A DNA stretch of 32,000 nt, taken from the NCBI GenBank assembly GCA_048882505.1, contig JBHLRO010000025.1, positions 9,772 to 41,771 on the forward strand. The letters are read 5' to 3'. The notes beneath the pieces were generated by a model. The model was not told the DNA's origin. It made no database searches and saw nothing but the letters and a program-made list of their open reading frames with translations. This document shows, one piece after another, positions 27,104 through 32,000 of the stretch. Source of the stretch: Candidatus Thorarchaeota archaeon (GTDB lineage: Archaea > Asgardarchaeota > Heimdallarchaeia > Hodarchaeales > Hodarchaeaceae). Position 1 is the stretch's first letter. Each line of letters begins with the position of its first letter. The translations under genes and the position numbers were made by a program.

Positions 27104-27412
27104 TCACCCTTTAGTTTTGCTAAGAATAATTCCTCCTCCGATTGGTACCGTAAAAACAACAATATCCTCGTGTTGTAACGTGGCCTGCGGTGAGCGAATA
27201 CCTTTACCATTAACCATTATGAGCGCATCATTCGAGATTTGCTCTGTGTCATAATCTATGAGTCCGTTAAACTCCGATCCATATTCATCAGCTAATCTTT
27301 TGATGATTCCTCCTATTGTGGTCTGACCTGGCTTAATCTGTTCAACTATCTCCCTTTTTTTGGTCGCTGTACGGTAATGACCATGAAATATTATTTTTAT
27401 TTGGCTTTCCAT
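27104..27412 (-). CDS. moaD: MoaD/ThiS/SAMP-like ubiquitin-fold protein with an 8-aa extension after the GG motif
   Basis: Beta-grasp pattern 'IKIIFHG.YR...K...E', 'IMVNG', 'TLQHEDIVVFTVPIGGG' followed by IILSKTKG*. First gene of the AOR operon. Confidence 0.8.
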   Translation of the reverse strand: MESQIKIIFHGHYRTATKKREIVEQIKPGQTTIGGIIKRLADEYGSEFNGLIDYDTEQISNDALIMVNGKGIRSPQATLQHEDIVVFTVPIGGGIILSKTKG

Positions 27413-27490
27413 TATTATTCCAGATAATTGGCCAGTCTTAATCTAGGTTTTTGGTGCATTTTGATAAGCCTTCCTCTGGGATTTTCAATC

Positions 27491-29263
27491 CTAAGTCCGA
27501 ATATGGCGGTCATAGTTAAGAATATAGGTGAGCTCTGGTTCGGTTAACCCATAAATCTTCGCCAAAAATCTATCAACTCGGTCCAATAGAAACCTACTTT
27601 TGGACGATTTAAACTCCCCCACTCGCCCGCGGTTAGGATCGAAAACCGCCAATTGAATGTCATTCACATTTTTGGCGAGTCTAAGTATCCTTAATTTATT
27701 GCATTCCAAAGTTTTTTCTTCTGGAAAGGGAAATGGAGTTATTAGAGACCTTGGTAAGTCACGATTATTTCCAAAAGCCGTCCAGAAAAGATAATATAGC
27801 GAGGAATTGAGGATAAGTAGACCAAAATCACGTTGAACTTCTGTTATAAATCCAAGCTGCTTTATCTTAGTACTACGATACGGAAACTCGTGTAATGCAT
27901 GAATGAAGTAGCCTGCAGATTGACGATATTCCAATATGTGCCTTCCAGGACTCATAACATCTCCAAACACCCGAAATTTAGCTGAAAAATCCCTCAAAGT
28001 CATCAAAATATGTCGTTTCACCTTGTGTCCGATTTTGGGCAGCCGCGTCCGCTTATCTCCTGCGCATGACCCGAGTGTTTTTCCTAAACACAATCCTTCG
28101 GTTGATTCATAAGTAATATCGTGAAAGATGGAAGCACGTTGTCCATATGTAAAGCGATGATTAGTACTTGTTCGAATTGGGACTGACGGACCTTTCTCCC
28201 CGATAACAAGAACCACGCGTTCTTCATTGTCAGGGAATAATCGGGAAGGTCGGGTCCCAAAATAAGCCAGGTTAAATTTTCCCGCAGTTCTCATAAGAGT
28301 TCGAACCGAAGTCATTGAGCGGTTGGTAGCTACTGCTCCAGCTAGGATATTACCGATATTGCCGTTCTCTTTCAAGAGATCAAGTTCTCTCTCTAGAAAG
28401 TAACCACAGATATCGCCACAGCCAGCTACCTTATACTTCTCCAAAAAGCCATTGTGATTGCTTTTCATCTTTCTTGGGTTACCAAATGGAGGATTACCGA
28501 TAATTATGTCGAATCCACCTCCCTGATCTTTAAAAACTTCAGGAAAAGCCTCAAACCAATGAAATCCTTGATAGCTGACAATCTGATCTCCATAATGCTC
28601 CTGTTTGTCTATGTCTCTCTCAAAAATATGTCCACACAAGGAATTTCCCACCCGTAGGTTGTCTGTGAGAGACAATTTGATCCAATCAGTTCTCAGGTGC
28701 TCCGAATCATTTATCCATAATTTTAGCCGCAACCTAGCGTAATCTATCGCTTTAGAATTAAAATCAACCCCATATAGATTCTTGGTGACAATTTGGTTTT
28801 TGATTTGAGTTGGTTTGATGGCTAAATTAAGTTCTTTAACGCTCAAATCCCAGATGTCGTATAAAACGTCGGCCGCCGCTATTAAAAACGCACCTGATCC
28901 ACAGGCATTATCACAAACCCTTATTTGGCCAACACATTCTTCCAAAATGGTTATCATAGTTTCGATTGAAGCTTTGGTAAAAAGATCAGGTATATTTTGA
29001 AGAATATTGACATCTGTGATCTTATTCTTAAGAAAAATTTTGTTTGCTTGTTTCAGAATCCACGAATAAATCGTATTCTTGGCTATATAATCTGTAACGT
29101 CGCGGGGAGTGTAGTAAGTACCCGAATTTTTCCGGTCAACATCAGTCATGAACTCTTCAGGAAGCTTCGCAAGATAGTTATCTAGTTCACGATGAGCATC
29201 CTTTCCCTTAAATTCAAAACCACGGTCAGGTAGCAAATATTTCACCGGTTCATTACATTTCAT
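27491..29263 (-). CDS. Eco57I/type IIL-like N6-adenine DNA methyltransferase with TRD, no obvious nuclease domain
   Basis: 'SGTYYTP', motif I 'VCDNACGSGAFL', 'NLYGVD', 'NLRVGNSL', 'FHW...FPEVF', motif IV 'FDIIIGNPPF'. C-terminal TRD-like region 'LILNSSL', 'IYGLT'. Confidence 0.88.
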   Translation of the reverse strand: MKCNEPVKYLLPDRGFEFKGKDAHRELDNYLAKLPEEFMTDVDRKNSGTYYTPRDVTDYIAKNTIYSWILKQANKIFLKNKITDVNILQNIPDLFTKASIETMITILEECVGQIRVCDNACGSGAFLIAAADVLYDIWDLSVKELNLAIKPTQIKNQIVTKNLYGVDFNSKAIDYARLRLKLWINDSEHLRTDWIKLSLTDNLRVGNSLCGHIFERDIDKQEHYGDQIVSYQGFHWFEAFPEVFKDQGGGFDIIIGNPPFGNPRKMKSNHNGFLEKYKVAGCGDICGYFLERELDLLKENGNIGNILAGAVATNRSMTSVRTLMRTAGKFNLAYFGTRPSRLFPDNEERVVLVIGEKGPSVPIRTSTNHRFTYGQRASIFHDITYESTEGLCLGKTLGSCAGDKRTRLPKIGHKVKRHILMTLRDFSAKFRVFGDVMSPGRHILEYRQSAGYFIHALHEFPYRSTKIKQLGFITEVQRDFGLLILNSSLYYLFWTAFGNNRDLPRSLITPFPFPEEKTLECNKLRILRLAKNVNDIQLAVFDPNRGRVGEFKSSKSRFLLDRVDRFLAKIYGLTEPELTYILNYDRHIRT

Positions 29264-29471
29264 TGACCTAAAAATGGTTCCAAAGGAAATTTTGACAATG
29301 TTTTAGAAAATATTACATATTAATAATGTTGCTCACATAATATTTGCAGCGCATTAGTATCTCAACAGATATTGTTCTTTTATCCCTTTTATTATCGTTT
29401 GTGAAATAGCCAGACTTCTATACACTGTATATACCATTTCTTAACTATATTTAACATTTTTACCGTCAACC

Positions 29472-29487
29472 GAAAGCATTTTATAGG
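29472..29487 (+). promoter_or_regulatory. Candidate BRE/TATA of the DUF2080-GNAT-bcr operon
   Basis: GAAAGCATTTTATAGG about 50-65 nt upstream of ATG 29539, with GAGG SD-like sequence at about 29526. Confidence 0.4.
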
Positions 29488-29538
29488 AGTAAATACACAG
29501 TAGCCACTGGGTATGACCTAACCCCGAGGTTCCAAATT

Positions 29539-29793
29539 ATGCCCGAAGCACCCACATCGGCCGCTAAACAAGATGAAAATGAAGGACAATTATTACCAGA
29601 TACGGATGAAGGACGATCTCAAGGTTTAGTTGAGGATCTTCCGTCTGAATTCAAAGTTTTTGGATATGAAATGCTAGATCGTGAGGTGAAAAAAAGTGGA
29701 AACTCCGGGAGAGTATATTTACCGAAAGATTGGATTGGAACCCGTGTTAGAATTATCCGTGCATCCAAGCTCATTGAAAAAGGTGATGAGTAA
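29539..29793 (+). CDS. DUF2080-family small protein (AbrB-like swapped-hairpin motif)
   Basis: 'EVKKSGNSGRVYLPKDWIGTRVRIIR' matches the recalled DUF2080 pattern. Acidic, disordered N-terminus. Confidence 0.75.
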   Translation: MPEAPTSAAKQDENEGQLLPDTDEGRSQGLVEDLPSEFKVFGYEMLDREVKKSGNSGRVYLPKDWIGTRVRIIRASKLIEKGDE

Positions 29794-30289
29794 TCTTGGA
29801 TTAAGCTCCAATTGGAGTCAGGATGCGATGGATTTAACAAAAGAAGTTAAGATCAGAAAGATGACCGAAACAGATATTATTCCCATCGCAACCTTGGAGA
29901 GGCGTATTGCTGGAATATCCAGGCCCAATACGTGGGAAGCAGAGATTCGACATTACCTTGGGGATCCTGAAAGCATTTGCTTGGTTGCAGTGGTAGATGG
30001 TAAGGGTACTGACGAAGTTGTGGGTTTCATGATTGGATCGATTCATGCTTGGTTATTTGGGGTAGAGAGGGGAGGATGGATCGAGGTTCTAGGAGTTGAC
30101 CCAGAACATACCGCAAAAGGAATTGGTAAGAGGCTCGGAGAAGAGATGTTCAAGGAATTCAAACAACGTGAAGTAAAGGTGGTTCACACGTCAGTTGACT
30201 GGTTTCGGTCAACAGACATTCTGGAATTTTTCAAGACCTTGGGAATGGAAAAAAGCGATTTCATCACGCTAAGAAAAGATCTCCAGTAA
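29786..30289 (+). CDS. GNAT-family N-acetyltransferase
   Basis: 'IRKMTE.D', 'VVGFMIG', 'WIEVLGVDPEH.AKGIGKRL' (acetyl-CoA motif A), 'FFKTLG'. The start is ATG 29786 (overlapping the DUF2080 end) or 29828; the track's 29696 start is unlikely. Confidence 0.88.
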   Translation: MSNLGLSSNWSQDAMDLTKEVKIRKMTETDIIPIATLERRIAGISRPNTWEAEIRHYLGDPESICLVAVVDGKGTDEVVGFMIGSIHAWLFGVERGGWIEVLGVDPEHTAKGIGKRLGEEMFKEFKQREVKVVHTSVDWFRSTDILEFFKTLGMEKSDFITLRKDLQ

Positions 30290-30321
30290 TAGAAGCTAGT
30301 TATAGATAATGAGGCAAAAAG

Positions 30322-31548
30322 ATGGCAGAACAGACTTTGGCACCAACTAGGTTGGAAACAGGTCAATTTTTTCCTTTTTCCGAGCAAATGTCGTTAGAAG
30401 ATCTGCTACGAGTTGCTCGCGAATGGATTGAAGACCTTACATTCCAGCATCATCTAGAATGGCGTGAAAAACATAAAACGCCCATCGTCGGGACTTTTCC
30501 AGTATATGTTCCCAAGGAGCTTATTAGCGCCTTTAATATGCTTCCAGTGGCTCTACAAGGTGGGGGGGAATTTCTTGAAATTTCACACGCCGAAGCTTAT
30601 CTTGGTTCATTTATCTGCTCAATTCCAAAGAGTACCTTGGAGTTAGCGTTAGCACATAATGTAAAAGGGTTTGATGGTTTTATTTCACCGTATATATGCG
30701 ATGTAGCCCGTAATCTGGCCGGAGTTTTTGAACGAAATTTTCCACAGATGACAAGTCATATGCTACATTACCCACAAAACATCAATTCCCGTGGAGCAGT
30801 TCCGTACTTGATAGCGGAGTATAACCGACTGATTGCAAAGTTTGAAAAGATAACAGGCAACAAATTTGACCCCGAATCTCTGAGAACACAGATAAAGGTG
30901 TCTAATAGGTGTCAAAAAGCTCTGAAAGAACTTTTGACATATCGTAACTCCTATCCCGGCCGGATGACCATCGATGAGCTTTACCTTATACTACGTTTGG
31001 GGAGTCTCCTTCCTCATCAGGATTATTTGAACGTTTTAAACCATACACTTTCAGAAATTAAACAAAAAGAGAAGGAAAGGCGAGATTTCGTACCGATTAT
31101 TGTGATGGGACCATTCTGCGAACAACCGACCTTGGAGATCGTAAAACTCATTGAAGATGTCGGCTTTTTTGTTGTGGACTTTGATTTTCAAATCGGACAG
31201 AGGTTTATAACGGAGCCAATTTCAGAAGAACTTGATCCACTAGAAGCCCTGGCTACTGCGTATGTGAAACACGCATCAATGCTGCCCACACGACATAATC
31301 CTCAGGGTCGAGCCCATGAAATCCTTACTCGGTTAAAAGAAAGCAGTCCGACCCCCCAAGCTGTGATTTTCCTTACGACAAAGTTTTGCGAGCCAGCCCT
31401 CGAGGATTTTGTACTCTATAAAGAAGCTTTAGAAAAAGAGAGAAATCAAATCCCCTATTTACATGTTGAATATGAGGAACGTTCCTCTAATTTTGAAGAT
31501 GTACGTTTACAGTTTGAAACTTTGTTCGAATCCATACTTTTTGATTAA
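30322..31548 (+). CDS. bcrC: Class I benzoyl-CoA reductase subunit C (2-hydroxyacyl-CoA dehydratase family)
   Basis: 'EDL.F...W', 'PVYVP.E.I.A..MLP...GGG..LEI.H..AY..S.IC.IP.ST.EL.L', 'ICDV.RNL.G', 'PQN', 'FCEQP.L' and 'FCEPAL' all match recalled BcrC consensus. Three candidate 4Fe-4S Cys ligands. Confidence 0.82.
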   Translation: MAEQTLAPTRLETGQFFPFSEQMSLEDLLRVAREWIEDLTFQHHLEWREKHKTPIVGTFPVYVPKELISAFNMLPVALQGGGEFLEISHAEAYLGSFICSIPKSTLELALAHNVKGFDGFISPYICDVARNLAGVFERNFPQMTSHMLHYPQNINSRGAVPYLIAEYNRLIAKFEKITGNKFDPESLRTQIKVSNRCQKALKELLTYRNSYPGRMTIDELYLILRLGSLLPHQDYLNVLNHTLSEIKQKEKERRDFVPIIVMGPFCEQPTLEIVKLIEDVGFFVVDFDFQIGQRFITEPISEELDPLEALATAYVKHASMLPTRHNPQGRAHEILTRLKESSPTPQAVIFLTTKFCEPALEDFVLYKEALEKERNQIPYLHVEYEERSSNFEDVRLQFETLFESILFD

Positions 31549-31569
31549 ACCTCAGGTGATGAAATTAAA

Positions 31570-32000
31570 ATGACTACTACCCTAGATCCAATTGTATCAT
31601 CTCCCCTTCCTGATTTAGAATTTCCAGAGCAAATCGAATTGGGTGCTGGGAGAAATACACAACGGTGGTTAAATAAACACTATTACAGTTATCTAACTGA
31701 ACTTAAGCAGAATAAGCAAAATAGGCCAGTCGCCTACATGTTCGTTGGGGGGAACTTAGTCGAACTGCTGCGCACAATGGGATTTGAATGCGTCTATCCC
31801 GAGATTACCGCATTAGCAACAGCTATTAAACATAACTCATTGGATCCTATCCTAAAAGCGGAGGAATTGGGGTATGGGCTCGACATATGTGGTTATGTCA
31901 AGACAGATATCGGTCTTTCAGTTGTGGGGCCTGGCAAGACTTCTTTCACAGATATACCAAAACCTGATCTCCTAGTATGCAACTTTTCTGGTTGTCTTGT
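31570..32000 (+). CDS. bcrB: Class I benzoyl-CoA reductase subunit B, 3'-truncated by the window edge (not in the ORF track)
   Basis: Manual translation from ATG 31570: MTTTLDP...VAYMFVGGNLVELL...YPEITA...KAEELGYGLDICGYVKTDIG...PKPDLLVCNFSGCL. Matches recalled BcrB motifs (FVxGNLxEL, DxCxYVKxDIG, PDLL....GC). Lies 21 nt after bcrC, in C-B order. Confidence 0.8.
   Translation, partial: MTTTLDPIVSSPLPDLEFPEQIELGAGRNTQRWLNKHYYSYLTELKQNKQNRPVAYMFVGGNLVELLRTMGFECVYPEITALATAIKHNSLDPILKAEELGYGLDICGYVKTDIGLSVVGPGKTSFTDIPKPDLLVCNFSGCL

Noticed and set aside
29264-29793. Mobile element implied by DUF2080 next to a DNA methyltransferase
   Set aside because: No transposase, integrase, terminal inverted repeats or target-site duplication seen.
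15-30646. Numerous short or antisense ORFs in the track (e.g. 15..314, 1609..1917, 2492..2806, 3313..3825, 6500..6934, 12811..13218, 17775..18254, 23070..23366, 29619..29840)
   Set aside because: They overlap well-supported genes on the opposite strand or frame, have Ser/Ile/Phe-rich shadow composition and lack motifs.
1-32000. CRISPR arrays, tRNA/rRNA, selenocysteine/pyrrolysine recoding, programmed frameshifts
   Set aside because: No regularly spaced repeats, no cloverleaf or rRNA signatures, and no in-frame stops or frame breaks within recognised genes were seen by eye.

Overview
Archaeal genomic window, probably Asgard/Heimdallarchaeia. That placement is an inference from a PGF-CTERM-type anchor on the solute-binding protein, an SCP2-type thiolase with a DUF35 partner, TATA-like promoters, T-tract terminators and a uDENN/longin-like protein. 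All family assignments rest on motifs read from the translations and on recalled family consensus; no database search was run. Left arm: the 3' part of a CstA-family transporter, a DUF2148 protein, and a convergent operon encoding a small CC-star-like protein plus two single-domain ArsA/GET3-like ATPases, one with a degenerate catalytic site. Middle: a class V aminotransferase, an SDR, an acyl-CoA dehydrogenase, a membrane protein, a Met/Cys gamma-lyase, an operon of had-like dehydrogenase, thiolase and a DUF35::SDR fusion, an iodotyrosine-deiodinase homolog, a DENN-like protein and a dch-like hydratase. Right arm: a Dpp/Opp ABC transporter whose second ATPase and DppB permease each carry an inserted transmembrane hairpin; a tungsten AOR operon (MoaD-like protein with a C-terminal extension, an unannotated 50-aa Zn-ribbon protein, AOR, 4Fe-4S subunit); a solitary Eco57I-type methyltransferase; and a DUF2080-GNAT-bcrC-bcrB operon that runs off the window. 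Together the genes point to anaerobic benzoyl-CoA (aromatic ring) degradation. No rRNA, tRNA, CRISPR array or transposase was recognised.
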